Source: a virus
Lineage: Duplodnaviria; Caudoviricetes
Reading direction: 5' to 3' (one strand)
Length of the DNA stretch: 63,892 nucleotides
IMG/VR virus record: IMGVR_UViG_3300046167_000699
Coordinates: 1 to 63,892 of that record
This document shows positions 39,341-50,458 of this stretch, piece after piece. The translations under genes were made by a program, and so were the position numbers. Position 1 is the stretch's first letter. The number at the start of each line of letters is the position of its first letter. The notes beneath the pieces were generated by a model. The model was not told the DNA's origin and searched no databases. It saw only the letters and a program-made list of their open reading frames with translations.

Positions 39341-41764
39341 CTAGGTTCAAAGGTACCTAAGCCGAACCCTCCGCCAAGTATATCGTTCCCGGAGGATTCG
39401 AAATTTTTAGGTGGTGAGTCATTTTTTCTTTGATCAATTAACTCGCTTTGTTGAGTCGCTTGCATTTTAGTTCTTTCGTCTTTGCGATCTTCTTTTTGTG
39501 CCTCTTTAGACTTCTGACCATCAACCTCTATGCCTTTAAGTTGCATATTGTACTGGAACTCTAAAGCCATAAGCTCTTTCTTTAATTGAACCTCAGCTTG
39601 CATTTTCTGCTGCTCAATTTGAGCTTTCATTTGTTCAAGCTGCGCTTTTGTTTGGAACAACGCTTGGTCTTTTTGTACCTCAGCTTGTGCCGCTACTTGT
39701 TGTGCCTGTGCGTTTGCTTGTGCCTGCGCTTGTATGTTTTGCTGCTGCATTTCTTGATCGCGCAATTGTTTTTGCTTTCTACGTAGTTTTAACAGCTGGT
39801 TAGCTAGCTTTAGATTCTTAACTTCGCGTATGTCAATTGCATCTGATAAGTCTATAATACCAGCGGATAGTGCGGTTTGTATGTTATTTTCTAGCATACC
39901 TTTTTCTTCGTCATCTGGTGATAACTCTAGGACAATGCCGAAATCATGAAGATACAAATCGTTTAGCTCTTCCAACACGCCTACGTTAAAACCGCCTATT
40001 TTTTGTATAAACGCTTCTTTAGATGGACTGTACTCAAGTATATCTGATATTCTAAGTGATAAAGACTCTGCTGTATCTGCTGTTAAGAATAGACCAGAAT
40101 CCAATATATGTCTTGTAGCGGTATTTGAATTTGCCGCCGCTAATTTTTGTACGCCAACTAAAGCTCTTGCATCAGGGCTTGAACCGTCACGAGCTTCATT
40201 AAGACCCGTTACATCACGGATCATTTGTAGGTAATAGTTGTATGTTTGAATTAATGTTTGCAGCTTTTGGCCACCCGCGCCGGTTTGTAACGGTTGGATA
40301 GGTACTTTACCGGGATTCATATCACCCTCTTGTGTAAATGACCTACCAATAACAGAACCCGTCTGGAAGAACATATTAAGTGCCTCTTGCGGATTGTAGT
40401 TTGTTCCGTTGCCTAAATCAATTTCAGCAAGACCGTCCGCATCCATATAAACACCGTCGGGCATCATTTTAGATAGCACCTGCTGCATCTTTAAATGGGT
40501 AAGCTGTATCATATCAGCAAACCCCGTACAACGGCTCACAATAGATTCAATACGACCTCTGTACATTCTTGGAGCTACAATACTGTAATTCATTTTTACT
40601 TTATTGTAATCACTTTTAGGGCGTACCATATTTTTAGCCATACCCCATTCCAATAGCATACTAGGGCCTAATATCATAGCACCCTCGTATAACACCTCGA
40701 GCGAACGTGATGCTTTAGCAAACCCCTCTGAATCCGCTGGTGGATTAAATTGATCGTCTCTTGGTATAGCTTTTAAGCCACCGGTAGCTGTTTCTTTTAC
40801 TTTGTATACCTCGTTCATGTAGGTCTTGTAATTAAAATACAAAACCTGCACCGTATTAGAATCATAACCACGATCAGCGCCGTCATTAAATTGATTCCAA
40901 GAAGTTGTGTTATTATAAGACCCAGCTGCTTTTATTTTGTCAAGCTGAGCTTGGTCGAGTTGGGGGTATTGCTTTTTTAATTCGTTGATCGGTATGTTCT
41001 TAACTTCCCCAACATAGTATATGTCTTCAAAATAAGGAGACTCAGTGTAAGAGTAAACCAGGTTGGCTGGATCTACGTAGTCAATAACAACACCCTCGGA
41101 TTCTGAGAATGTATTTTTAACCGCACCAATACCAATGGTTGTTAAATCGTAATATACTCTTCTTTTAGTTAAATCATATTTGTTACCATCAAACAAAGTG
41201 TTAATTGCTATTTCCTCAGCTATTTCAATGCCTTGTTTATAACTTAGCTGCATATGCAACTCCAGCTCTTCTTTTGAACCTGGTAAATTTTCTTTATCGT
41301 TTTCGTATAAGTTAATACCAAACGCCTCAGCCGCATAATCGTTAATCTCCTGCGTTTGCATGTCCCTTATAATAGAGTCCATATACGCAGTGCGCTTTTC
41401 AACACCGTAAGGATCCTGCGAATACGCTTTTACGTCAAAAGATCTGTCCGCAATACCGTTAACCACAATATCAACAAACTTAGACAGTATAGGGACAGGC
41501 TTCCAATCTAAATTAAGATAAGACAAATCACCGTTAACTGATAATTCATCTTTATATTTTTGTATCGGCTGTTCGCCTCTAGCATATAATCTTAACCCGT
41601 GAAAACTATTTTGATTGCTTTGAAATCTTACGTTTCCTGAATTGCCTCCCGAACCATTCAGATTGAATAGCTCTACCTACCTGGCGGCCATACTCAAATG
41701 ACATCTTTTCCTGGTCGCTAGCAACCTGGCTAGGGAAAAAATTATTTACAACTGACTCAGCCAT
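39337..41764 (-). CDS. Portal protein (true start 41764; apparent frameshift near 41650)
   Basis: MAESVVNNFFPSQ..EWF joins RLYARGEQ..YKDEL..LSYLNLDW if one G is removed; Q-rich C-terminal barrel; downstream of terminase. Confidence 0.85.
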
Positions 41765-41768
41765 AGTT

Positions 41769-43983
41769 TTATTTTATTATTTTCGATATATCTCCGTCTT
41801 GCTTATATCTTGCAATATTGAGATTTAGTTTTGTTCTTTGTAAAGCAGGCATTAGGTCTGTACATATCCTTGTGGCAAGCCATTACAGCTAATCCAGAGC
41901 TAATCGCAGCATCAAATTTTGTTCGATTATTTATATCGAACTTAGACCAATCGTTTAAAGTGTCATTAAAATACATACTGCCGTAAGTGCCATCTTCTTT
42001 TAACCCAATGTACTTATCTATGTACATCTCAATAGCAGCCGCATGCGCTTGCTTAATGTCCTCACTGGAGTTTGGTATACCTCCAATTTCTTTTTCAGTT
42101 ACAGAAAGCTTGTTCCACAATCTGTCAGGTCTATTCATAGAATAACCCCTGTACCCTCTACGCTTAAAGTAATAAAGCAATCTAGGTTTGTTATTCTCAG
42201 CTAATAAAGGCATTCCGTAAAAGACGCAAGCCATTAGCACGTCTTCAAAAAATATCTCCGCAGTTTGAGGCCTAGCTATATATTCTAAAAAGAATGTACT
42301 AGGCGGTGCGTCTTCCATGCTAAACTTTGTTAGTCCATGCAGCGCACCTTTTGAGCCCTTGCCGTCGGTAGTACCTGAAATATCGTAACTATCACAGCCG
42401 AATGCACCTATATGTTCATTCCCTGGATATTTTATACCGTTTTTAACAATTGATCTGTTTTGCACATCAGCATTAGGTATCCAAGACACTTTAAATCTGC
42501 CCTGCGGACTTGGTAAAAACATTACCTTAGTGTCTTTTACGCCTGCTTCCCACTGAAAATTACCGGTGGTTATAATATTAGTATTACGCAGATCGTCGTT
42601 ATAATCAATTTGTTCGTAAATTTTCGCTAAGTTAAAAATACTATTTTTAGTTTCATCTCTAAATGCGTGCTCAGTGGTACGCGGGAACTGTCTATAGTAT
42701 TCATTTAACGCGTCCTGGTCGCCCTTAAGGCCTTCAACTTCATTGTTCCAGTAATCTATAACTCCTGTATCAATAGGATCACCAAACGGATCTAAAATGG
42801 TTTCTTCTTTTGGAGTGTCAAATACAGGCTGTCCATGCTCGTCAATAAAACCTTCATAGTTCCATTCCATAGGAATAAACAAACTGTACAATCCTGATTT
42901 TGTTTGTCCGTTATTATTGCGCTTAGTAACGTCAGAGTCGTTGTAAAGCTTTTTAAAATTTCCGCCTCCTTTTTCTAAAGCGTTTGATGTAGAACCCATC
43001 ATACACTTGCCTATAATGCGACTACCTAACCTAAGACACGTTTTTGTCACGCGCCAATTGTTTAATATATTGTCCGGTCTTTCCCACTTACCACTTTCAT
43101 CGTGCACTAGTAGCTTTAGCTTTTCACCATCATAAGAGTTGTCTCCGGTGTTTTTCCAATCAATAGTTGTATCTAGACCTTCCATTTCAATACGCGTCTC
43201 CTTTGACTGTATAGATTTACGGGTTAGCTTAGAAGCAGGAACCCTATATGCCAGTTCAGTCTTCGGTCTATCCATACCATCTTGTATAGGTTTGAAGAAA
43301 AACGGGTAGTTAAGGGAAATCGGTACAACTTTGTCGGTAAACATTTTCTTGGCGTCACTACCTGATTTTGATAGTATACCGAATCTAGCGTCGCCTGATA
43401 TGGTCGCAAGGTTAACGGTTTCTCCTGATGCCATAAATGAGAATCCACTCCGTCTGTTTTTAAGGTAGCACATTCCGTAAGCTCTCGTGTCCGCTTTAAC
43501 GGCTTCCCAGAATATATAAAACAATCTGTTTGCTTCTCTGTAATCTGGGTGGCCAACGTCGATCTTACTCCACTGCAGGTACATGTAATGAGTGCCAGTA
43601 ATATAAGTTGGGACGTCTTTGTTATAAAACCAATAACCGTTTTCACGATTGTTAAATTCCTCATCTATATAGCCCTCCCATTTTTCTTTAAATTCGTCTG
43701 AATAAGACTGCCAATCGAATATACTTTTAATATTTTTAAGCTCCTTAGGATACTCCTTAACGGTCCATTTGTTAGCTTTTTTATTTAAGTTTTTAGGGAC
43801 CGGCGGTAAACCTATAACCAATCCTTGTATATCTATTATTTCGCCGACTTGGCCTGTCTTACTTATGACAATTAGATCTTGCTCTTTATTATAACCGTAC
43901 TTCCACTTTTTACCCTTATTTAATCGGTGTAGTGTAGTATGCTTTATAGGCTCTACTGTTTTTACTAAATTCTGCTCGTACAT
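41769..43983 (-). CDS. terL: Terminase large subunit (apparent frameshift near 41848 in the C-terminus)
   Basis: KNRRSGFS Walker A, LLVHDESGKW Walker B, GSTSN, GCDSYD, ENN, FDAAISSG. Confidence 0.9.
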
Positions 43984-44255
43984 TATTTAGATCTTTTTTC
44001 AGCAAACCCTGAAAAAGCTTCTTTCTTTTCTTCTTTAGGCTTGTTCTCTAGTATGCGTTCTTCGTCTTGGATACGATTCAATATTTCAAAAGCATCAAAT
44101 ATAGCTAACTTTTTAGTGGCCGCTGCGTTTTTTAATCGATCAGCAGATATATCGTCATCAGAATCAACTATAGCTTCTTTAGCAACTTTAATAAGTTCTT
44201 CAACAGCTTTGTGACCAGCTAGGATTATACTCTTCTTCGTTTCCTTGATATTCAT
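43983..44255 (-). CDS. Putative terminase small subunit
   Basis: Small helical ORF immediately upstream of terL. Confidence 0.5.
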   Translation of the reverse strand: MNIKETKKSIILAGHKAVEELIKVAKEAIVDSDDDISADRLKNAAATKKLAIFDAFEILNRIQDEERILENKPKEEKKEAFSGFAEKRSK

Positions 44256-44790
44256 ATTCGACTGTAATTTGATTGGCGGGTACACGGTATAATCGTTCGC
44301 CCTCTATATTAAATTCGTATTCCATACCAGGCTTAAAACCCACTAGCGCTCCTGCTTCGAAACCTTCGCTAGCATACTTAATAATACCTATCAAAGGTTC
44401 CTCTTTATGTAAGCTAAATTTATCTTTTGCCTTTATAGGTTTTACAAAACAAAAACCAGGCAAAGCATTCCATTCGCTATTGCGTTTGTATGCGTAAACC
44501 TGGTCAGGATATACAAAGAACATATCTTCTTTATAAAACGCTCGGCTGTTTTTTTCTTTGCCTCTAACGTCTCTAAATCTTCTAAACACATTATGATGCA
44601 CTATTATTTCGTCACCTTCCTGTATATCACCGTTAGTAATTTTGGGTACGCTATTAACTACGCCAAGCCTGCTCGTGTAGTGGTGGTTTTGTACTTCTGT
44701 ATTTAACAGCAGCTTTTTGCCGTTTATTTTTTTTTCGCTAGTAGATCGCCCCTCTTTAGGGCTAACTATAAAGTTGTATACGCTTTGCAT
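44200..44790 (-). CDS. GroES-like tandem-domain protein
   Basis: FIVSP..LLLN..GVV..V....GDEIIVHH and FVKP..GIIKY..GALVGF..EF.IEGERLYRV resemble two GroES folds. Confidence 0.45.
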   Translation of the reverse strand: MQSVYNFIVSPKEGRSTSEKKINGKKLLLNTEVQNHHYTSRLGVVNSVPKITNGDIQEGDEIIVHHNVFRRFRDVRGKEKNSRAFYKEDMFFVYPDQVYAYKRNSEWNALPGFCFVKPIKAKDKFSLHKEEPLIGIIKYASEGFEAGALVGFKPGMEYEFNIEGERLYRVPANQITVEYEYQGNEEEYNPSWSQSC

Positions 44791-45008
44791 TACCACTTAA
44801 GATCATATTCAATAGATATTGCCATGTTCTTGTTAAAGTCTTTCCACGGCATTACTAGTTCACCTTTTTGTATATATACAGAGTACTTATCAGATTCCTC
44901 TAGTATATTCACTATAGTATGACCACCATACACTTCCTGTCCAACAGAATAGTGCATGGCGTCATTTTTATAGTCTTTCCCAATACTAATCTTCCTTATT
45001 ATCTGCAT
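44790..45008 (-). CDS. Hypothetical protein
   Basis: MQIIRKISIGKDYKNDAMHY...; operon-packed. Confidence 0.65.
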   Translation of the reverse strand: MQIIRKISIGKDYKNDAMHYSVGQEVYGGHTIVNILEESDKYSVYIQKGELVMPWKDFNKNMAISIEYDLKW

Positions 45009-45249
45009 TTTCCGCGATAGTTCCGTCAACTAAGCTAACGCTTACATTGCCGTAAGATTTTTCCAGATTAACTTGGAATACATTAAGCTCCTCTTTTGCT
45101 TTGTCTAATTTGCCAAGAAGCTCCATTTTTTGAACTTCTAGCCCGCCAATGCTTAGCTGAGTTTGGTTAATTAATTGCACGATTGCTTGAAGGCTTTCTA
45201 GCTCTTCAGCTTTAATCTTTTCGACTTTGGTTTCTTTTACTTTTTTCAT
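44986..45249 (-). CDS. Small coiled-coil hypothetical protein
   Basis: Operon-packed; preceded by a GTAATTATA motif. Confidence 0.65.
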   Translation of the reverse strand: MKKVKETKVEKIKAEELESLQAIVQLINQTQLSIGGLEVQKMELLGKLDKAKEELNVFQVNLEKSYGNVSVSLVDGTIAENADNKED

Positions 45250-45279
45250 TTTTTTTTGGTTTAATATAATTAAATTATT

Positions 45280-45296
45280 GTTACTTTTATAATTAC
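45280..45296 (-). promoter_or_regulatory. GTAATTATA-type putative late promoter
   Basis: Minus strand GTAATTATAAAAGTAAC upstream of the terminase/portal operon. Confidence 0.55.
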
Positions 45297-45318
45297 TTGA
45301 TTTGCCTGATAACTAAGA

Positions 45319-46251
45319 CTATACTGCAGCGCAATAATACGGCACTGGCCCACATAATATAACCGCGTCCGCGTTAAGCGTACCGGGCAAATCGTCATTA
45401 GGTGAAATTGTATTTAAAGTTGCCGATGTTGGCGTCCCGCTAGGATTAGCTGCCGTTAAACCGAATGCATACCAATTGAACAGTGCGGTGGTGGTTGGTG
45501 GATAACCATAATTGTATATTAAATTTGCTGTCGTGGAACTAGAAAAGTAGTACGTGTCTCTCCATATAAAGCTAAAAAATTCACCGTTAACCGCACTTGC
45601 TGTTGCTGCTGTAGAAGCTCCTCTATAGTCACCTAGCGTCAAAAAGTTTATGTAGTACGAGCTGTTAACATCCCATAAAGAATCTTGTGTAAAAGAAGCG
45701 GTAAGTAGCTGCCCGTTCCACCAAAGATTGATATCCGAAGCGTCTAGTACATTAGTTGCCTGGTCCGCTAGTGGTATGCTAAAGAAAATACTTACACCTC
45801 CATTTAAATTGCAATTTCCCGCACATTTTATCCACTTATCATTAACTGAAGTTAATCCTGATATGCTTGAATTTTGAGCAGAATGCAATTCAAATTCAGC
45901 TAAAGCAGTAGTAGGACTACCTGCTAAGTCGCCTTTTAATTCAATTACAAGTTTATTAGCTGCGCTATCGTATTTAAGCTCTACAGTATCGTAAAATTGA
46001 CCGCTAATTTCTTTGCCTAACGACAGTATTGTAAATGACTTTGCAACGGTCTCTTTGTTTGTGAACCAAAAGTCCATGGCATAGTCCATCGTAAATGGTG
46101 CAATAGCGGTGGCTCTTGGGTCCGCCCAAGTTAAGCTATCACCCGTCCCGTCAAGCACTAATGGGCAAGCGTTTGGTGGTGGATTTGGTATAGGCAAAGA
46201 CTGGCTGCAGCTGTCGCACCAATCAACTATATTCATTATCCCAATACTCAT
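45319..46251 (-). CDS. LamG/concanavalin-like virion (head spike/fibre) protein
   Basis: LDGTGDSL..YAMDFWF..LWWNG..LTLG pattern; follows the spike-base-like gene. Confidence 0.55.
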   Translation of the reverse strand: MSIGIMNIVDWCDSCSQSLPIPNPPPNACPLVLDGTGDSLTWADPRATAIAPFTMDYAMDFWFTNKETVAKSFTILSLGKEISGQFYDTVELKYDSAANKLVIELKGDLAGSPTTALAEFELHSAQNSSISGLTSVNDKWIKCAGNCNLNGGVSIFFSIPLADQATNVLDASDINLWWNGQLLTASFTQDSLWDVNSSYYINFLTLGDYRGASTAATASAVNGEFFSFIWRDTYYFSSSTTANLIYNYGYPPTTTALFNWYAFGLTAANPSGTPTSATLNTISPNDDLPGTLNADAVILCGPVPYYCAAV

Positions 46252-46252
46252 T

Positions 46253-46539
46253 TTACTTTATCGAAAGAATGTTAGTAGCGCCTGTTCCTGTAGCTAAAAC
46301 GTAATCACAGATGATCGGCAAAAAACAGCCATTACCCACATTTTTAAATACAACTGCGTCCGCAGCGGTAGGGAGCACCTGCGCTAAAGTCTTGTCCTGA
46401 TATAATTACCTTAACGTCGCCTGCAGGTACCTACATAAAGTGCAGCTCCGTTTAGCTTTGTTGTACCGTCTATTGTATCGCTAGGTGTGATAGCCGCGAC
46501 CGCTGTTGCAAATTCGGGTTGATTTGTAAAAGTTCCCAT
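46253..46539 (-). CDS. Head spike-base-like protein (RcGTA rcc01079-like), two apparent +1 frameshifts
   Basis: Manual read AAITPSD..ALYVGT(A)GDVKV..AVVFKNV..G.FLPI..YVLATGT; extra C at about 46430 and 46373. Confidence 0.55.
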
Positions 46540-46559
46540 TATATATATTTATTTCTTTA

Positions 46560-46847
46560 TTAACATTTCCATCTACGGCGTGCGGCGCAGATACGTTTAT
46601 CTGGGGTTTTGCTACAATTGATATTGTGCATCTCCATTTGTCCTTTTGAGCGCGCACAATATGACGTGCGACGTTTACCACCGCCTGGCTGAGGTGCTTT
46701 TAGCTTACCGCCTGTTTCTCGGTTGTAAGCCGCGCGGCCCGCTGCTGTCATCCCGGCGCCCTCTTTAGCGCTTAGGAAGTGGCGGCCTTTTCCTTTTGTT
46801 GTTTTCTTCAGCTTTAGAAATGGGCTGTTTTGTTGTACGTATGCCAT
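46560..46847 (-). CDS. Small basic virion-associated protein
   Basis: NSPFLK N-terminus; GMT.AGR..YNR, RRTSYCAR, RRWKC. Confidence 0.7.
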   Translation of the reverse strand: MAYVQQNSPFLKLKKTTKGKGRHFLSAKEGAGMTAAGRAAYNRETGGKLKAPQPGGGKRRTSYCARSKGQMEMHNINCSKTPDKRICAARRRWKC

Positions 46848-46921
46848 AGTATAATGAAATAGGGGACGGGCAATAAAAATAAGGTAGCGATTCCTTTTCC
46901 TACACGCCCGATATAACCCCG

Positions 46922-47275
46922 TTATTTTTTAGTTTTTTGATATGCTTCTTTTTCCCAAGGGAGATCATGAGCACCTTCCATCATTGTTTGACGGGTGTAT
47001 ACTCTCGCGGGTGAACGAGTGTCTCTCTTCCACATTACTGTATCCGCTGTATAACCAAGTTTACCCTGAGCCATTTGCTCAAGATGCACTTTCTCGTGTT
47101 CAACAGCGTCGTTAATCTTCTTTTGTGGTAAGCCTTTTTGAACAAATATAGTGCCGTCGCGGTTAGCCTCGGCTTGTATGTTATCGCCTAACTGCTTTTC
47201 AAAAACAGGCGTCCCATGGTCTGACGCTTCTTTATTGATACCAAACAGCGTCTCTTTGTTCTTAAGTTTAAACAT
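46922..47275 (-). CDS. Small zincin-like metallopeptidase
   Basis: AVEHEKVHLEQ (HExxH) and PWEKEAY. Confidence 0.65.
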   Translation of the reverse strand: MFKLKNKETLFGINKEASDHGTPVFEKQLGDNIQAEANRDGTIFVQKGLPQKKINDAVEHEKVHLEQMAQGKLGYTADTVMWKRDTRSPARVYTRQTMMEGAHDLPWEKEAYQKTKK

Positions 47276-47277
47276 TA

Positions 47278-47433
47278 CTAATCGCAATCGCAATCGCCGG
47301 TGCAGCCGCAATCGTCATCAATTGTTGTAAAATTTGCAGCTACTTTACCTGCTGCGTCAATAGTTACTTCCTGCATTGCGGGGTAACTGTTAATGCTTTC
47401 TTGCACTCTTTTAGTAATAGGTATTACTTTCAT
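47278..47433 (-). CDS. Small protein (51 aa) with a Cys/Asp-rich C-terminus
   Basis: MKVIPITKRVQES...DDDCGCTGDCDCD; fills the gap exactly. Confidence 0.55.
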   Translation of the reverse strand: MKVIPITKRVQESINSYPAMQEVTIDAAGKVAANFTTIDDDCGCTGDCDCD

Positions 47434-47870
47434 CGTTCTTTATCTTTAATCATATCATCAATAGCTTTGTTATAAACTTTATCAGTATACGATTTGTTTT
47501 TATAAAATTTGCTTGAGGGTCCAATAGGCATATCATCGTAGCCTAGCATTATATTATACATTCGTGTTATTAGTCTTCTCGTTTTTTGCGATACTTTAAA
47601 AACACTATACTTAATTGTTGTTTTATTGCGATGACGCCAAACTTCTATCCAGCCTTCTTTACGCAGTCTTTCCCACCGCTTTTTATCCCAAGCGTAGGTG
47701 TAAGATCCATTAATAAAATCATCACGCGTAAACCTGTCTTTGCAATCTAAATATATTAAAAGCTCAAGGTCCGCGTCTTTTATACCATAAGTTTTACAGG
47801 CCCATTTTCTAACAAGCCTGTAATACTTAAGTAAATTTATATCTCTAAGGTCATTAGGTCCTAATCTCAT
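47430..47870 (-). CDS. Winged-helix-like hypothetical protein
   Basis: ADLELLIYL..F...RLRKEGWIEVW..YSVFKVS wHTH-like pattern. Confidence 0.6.
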   Translation of the reverse strand: MRLGPNDLRDINLLKYYRLVRKWACKTYGIKDADLELLIYLDCKDRFTRDDFINGSYTYAWDKKRWERLRKEGWIEVWRHRNKTTIKYSVFKVSQKTRRLITRMYNIMLGYDDMPIGPSSKFYKNKSYTDKVYNKAIDDMIKDKER

Positions 47871-48124
47871 TCTACAATAACAACGTCTTGAGCGGTAATT
47901 ACGTGGAACAAGTTATCATTCCACTCTATACCGTGACCAGCATGTTTATCGTACCTAATCACGTCTCCTTCGCTAACCCCTATTACCAAATGCCCGCAAC
48001 TAATAACTTTAGCTTTTAAGTACCTAACGTCGCTGTTTTGCTTTTCAGTTAATTCTAAGCCAGCTACTGTTTTTGGAGCTTCCTTAAGCTTTTCTATAAT
48101 TATATAATAATTAATTGCTTTCAT
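47867..48124 (-). CDS. groES: Co-chaperonin GroES
   Basis: KTVAGLEL..AKVISCG..VSEGDVIRYDKHAG; adjacent to groEL. Confidence 0.85.
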   Translation of the reverse strand: MKAINYYIIIEKLKEAPKTVAGLELTEKQNSDVRYLKAKVISCGHLVIGVSEGDVIRYDKHAGHGIEWNDNLFHVITAQDVVIVE

Positions 48125-49676
48125 CCATACGCATATTAGAAATTATACAATCAGCAGACATAATAGTAATAGATACGCTAATAGCGTTTTTAAGAGCGGT
48201 TTTCGTAACTAGTACCGGATCAATTATACCAGCCTTAATCATGTTAACCTGCTTACCTGATATAGCGTCAATACCTTTATTTCGTTTTACAACAAAGTCT
48301 TCATGCTTAATATTAGCGTTAGCCATTATGGTTTCAAAGGGCGCGCGTATTGCTTTAAGCAACGAATTATATCCCGTGCCTTTATTTTTAATTTTTTGAG
48401 AAGCATATAATAAAGCTATTCCGCCGCCTGGTACAATACCTTCTTTTAGTGCCGCTTGAGTTGCGTAAATAGCGTCTTCAACACGATCCTTCTTTTCTTT
48501 AAGCTCAACTCTGGAATCTGCTCCTACGTATATAATTCCTACTTTACCAGTGAGCATAGACAAACGCTGCTCTAATTTGTTTTTAATGTAGCCGTTAGTT
48601 TCAGATGCTACTTTAAGTCGTACGTCTTCAATACGCTCTTCTAACGTCTGCTGATCAACATCAACTTGTAGTATAGTATTTTTATTGTTTGTAACAGCTT
48701 TTGTAACTTCGCCTAAGACTTGCGGGTCTATTAAATCTAAATCGTCACCAAGCTCTTCGTTAATAACGGTGGCGCCTGTTAGCATTGCTAAATCATCTAG
48801 CGTGTCCGCCTTAGTGTTACCAAAGCCTGGTATGTCTATTATGTTTACCTTAATATTACCCTTTACTTTATTCGCTATTAAGGTTTGGTGCGGTTGTTGC
48901 TCTACGTCAGCTATAATTAATAAGCTTCTATTCTTTTTAACAACGTGCTCTAAAACGCTTTGTATTTTTCTTATGCTAGCTATACCCGAAGACACAATTA
49001 ATACATAAGGATTATCCAGTACAGCTACGCCCTTGTCTCTGTCTGTAATAAGATGCGGTGATTTAAGGCCTGAATCAAATTGCGTGCCCTCTACAAAATC
49101 AACGTAAGTTTCATTTGTATCGGACTCTTCCATTAAAACAACTCCATCTTTTCCAACGCGCTCGAAAGCTTCGCCAATCTTTTTTCCAAGAACTTTGTCA
49201 TTGTTGCAGCTAATGTAAGCAACTTGTTGTAACATTTCACCCTCAACCGGAATACTGGAATCATCAAGATGAACCATAATTTCTTTAGCACAGCTTTCAA
49301 CGCCTGCTTTAATTTCTCTAATCTCTTTTTCATCTGCTTCTTTTGTAAGCTCTGTTAGTAAAGCATGAGCAAGGACAGTAGCCGTGGTGGTACCGTCCCC
49401 TGCTTCACGCACAGTATTTCTAGCAGCCTCCTTTACAAGGGTGGCTCCTATGTTTTCGACCGAATCACGTAAGACTACGCTTTCCGCAACGGTTACACCG
49501 TCTTTTGTAATGACCGGTCGGCCTAAGGCATCTTCGTAAATTACGCATTTACCTGAAGCGCCTAAAGTGGACTTCACTGCGTTTGTTAACTTATCGACGC
49601 CGGCCATTATTTTTTTATTGGCTTTATAGCCAAATGTAAGATCTTTAACGATCTCGCTCGGGTTATTAAATTCCAT
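48111..49676 (-). CDS. groEL: Chaperonin GroEL
   Basis: TLGASG, ITKDGVTVA, AGDGTTTATVLA, EKKDRVEDA, GIVPGGG, GIIDP. Confidence 0.96.
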   Translation of the reverse strand: MEFNNPSEIVKDLTFGYKANKKIMAGVDKLTNAVKSTLGASGKCVIYEDALGRPVITKDGVTVAESVVLRDSVENIGATLVKEAARNTVREAGDGTTTATVLAHALLTELTKEADEKEIREIKAGVESCAKEIMVHLDDSSIPVEGEMLQQVAYISCNNDKVLGKKIGEAFERVGKDGVVLMEESDTNETYVDFVEGTQFDSGLKSPHLITDRDKGVAVLDNPYVLIVSSGIASIRKIQSVLEHVVKKNRSLLIIADVEQQPHQTLIANKVKGNIKVNIIDIPGFGNTKADTLDDLAMLTGATVINEELGDDLDLIDPQVLGEVTKAVTNNKNTILQVDVDQQTLEERIEDVRLKVASETNGYIKNKLEQRLSMLTGKVGIIYVGADSRVELKEKKDRVEDAIYATQAALKEGIVPGGGIALLYASQKIKNKGTGYNSLLKAIRAPFETIMANANIKHEDFVVKRNKGIDAISGKQVNMIKAGIIDPVLVTKTALKNAISVSITIMSADCIISNMRMDESN

Positions 49677-49706
49677 TGTATTAAATTTGATTAAATTAAG
49701 TTGGTA

Positions 49707-49991
49707 TTACTCGAATGTCTTAACGACTTTTGGACCTTTAATAAATTCAAGCTTTTTAAGGTAATGATCAACAGAGCTGTCTATTGCTGATTCAGCACCG
49801 GTTAGTGTTTCCCGACGAGTTACGTCTTTCCAGCTTTCTTCCCAAAACAATTCTGTTTGGAAATAGCCATTTGGGAGCTGCACAATACGCCAGTTTGATT
49901 TGGTGGAGGCATGCTTCCAGAACGCTTTGGTTTCTTCGGATACTTGTTGGTTACCACTTGTCGTAGTGGTAGTACGGTAATAAAAAGTCAT
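49707..49991 (-). CDS. Hypothetical protein
   Basis: WRIVQLPNGYFQTE..W.DVTRRET; preceded by GTAATTATA. Confidence 0.65.
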   Translation of the reverse strand: MTFYYRTTTTTSGNQQVSEETKAFWKHASTKSNWRIVQLPNGYFQTELFWEESWKDVTRRETLTGAESAIDSSVDHYLKKLEFIKGPKVVKTFE

Positions 49992-50022
49992 TTTGGTTTT
50001 TTTAAATTAATAATGGTTTACT

Positions 50023-50039
50023 TATTATTCTATAATTAC
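50023..50039 (-). promoter_or_regulatory. GTAATTATA-type putative late promoter
   Basis: Minus strand GTAATTATAGAATAATA upstream of the groEL operon. Confidence 0.5.
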
Positions 50040-50446
50040 TTACGCATTAGTTTAGTTAAGTCTTTAGTCTTATCGGTAGAGCCCATTGAAGAGCCAAACC
50101 AATAACCATAAACATCGCCTAATGTACGCAAAAAGAAGCCACTAAACGTGGTTATCAATCCTTTCTGTACTTCACTAAGGTTTTCCCAGTCCAAGAAGTC
50201 TGTGAAGATAGCTGTAGCCAATCCTAACGCGATAACTAATGTTATGTATGTAAGTATGTCAGGCGTTGCTTTATTCTTCCCTAGATTGCGCGCAGCACGG
50301 CGGTCTTCAACTTCTTGCTCGTACGCTTTTTCTATAAAAGCTTTTTTTTCTTCAGGCGTTTCTATAAACTTATCGGCAATATCTACAGCTTTGTCTATGA
50401 GAGAAGCGCTGCCGCCGCCGGTAAGTAAGTTTATTAGTTTGCTCAT
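50036..50446 (-). CDS. Holin-like membrane protein
   Basis: DKFIETPEEK..DRRAAR, two TM helices, YWFGSSMGS. Confidence 0.6.
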   Translation of the reverse strand: MSKLINLLTGGGSASLIDKAVDIADKFIETPEEKKAFIEKAYEQEVEDRRAARNLGKNKATPDILTYITLVIALGLATAIFTDFLDWENLSEVQKGLITTFSGFFLRTLGDVYGYWFGSSMGSTDKTKDLTKLMRK

Positions 50447-50458
50447 AATTTATTAAAT

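Noticed and set aside
46858-46922. Intergenic stem (GGGG..CGGGC..GCCCG..CCCC) as a riboswitch or ncRNA
   Set aside because: Short, with no recognisable aptamer; could be a terminator or processing hairpin
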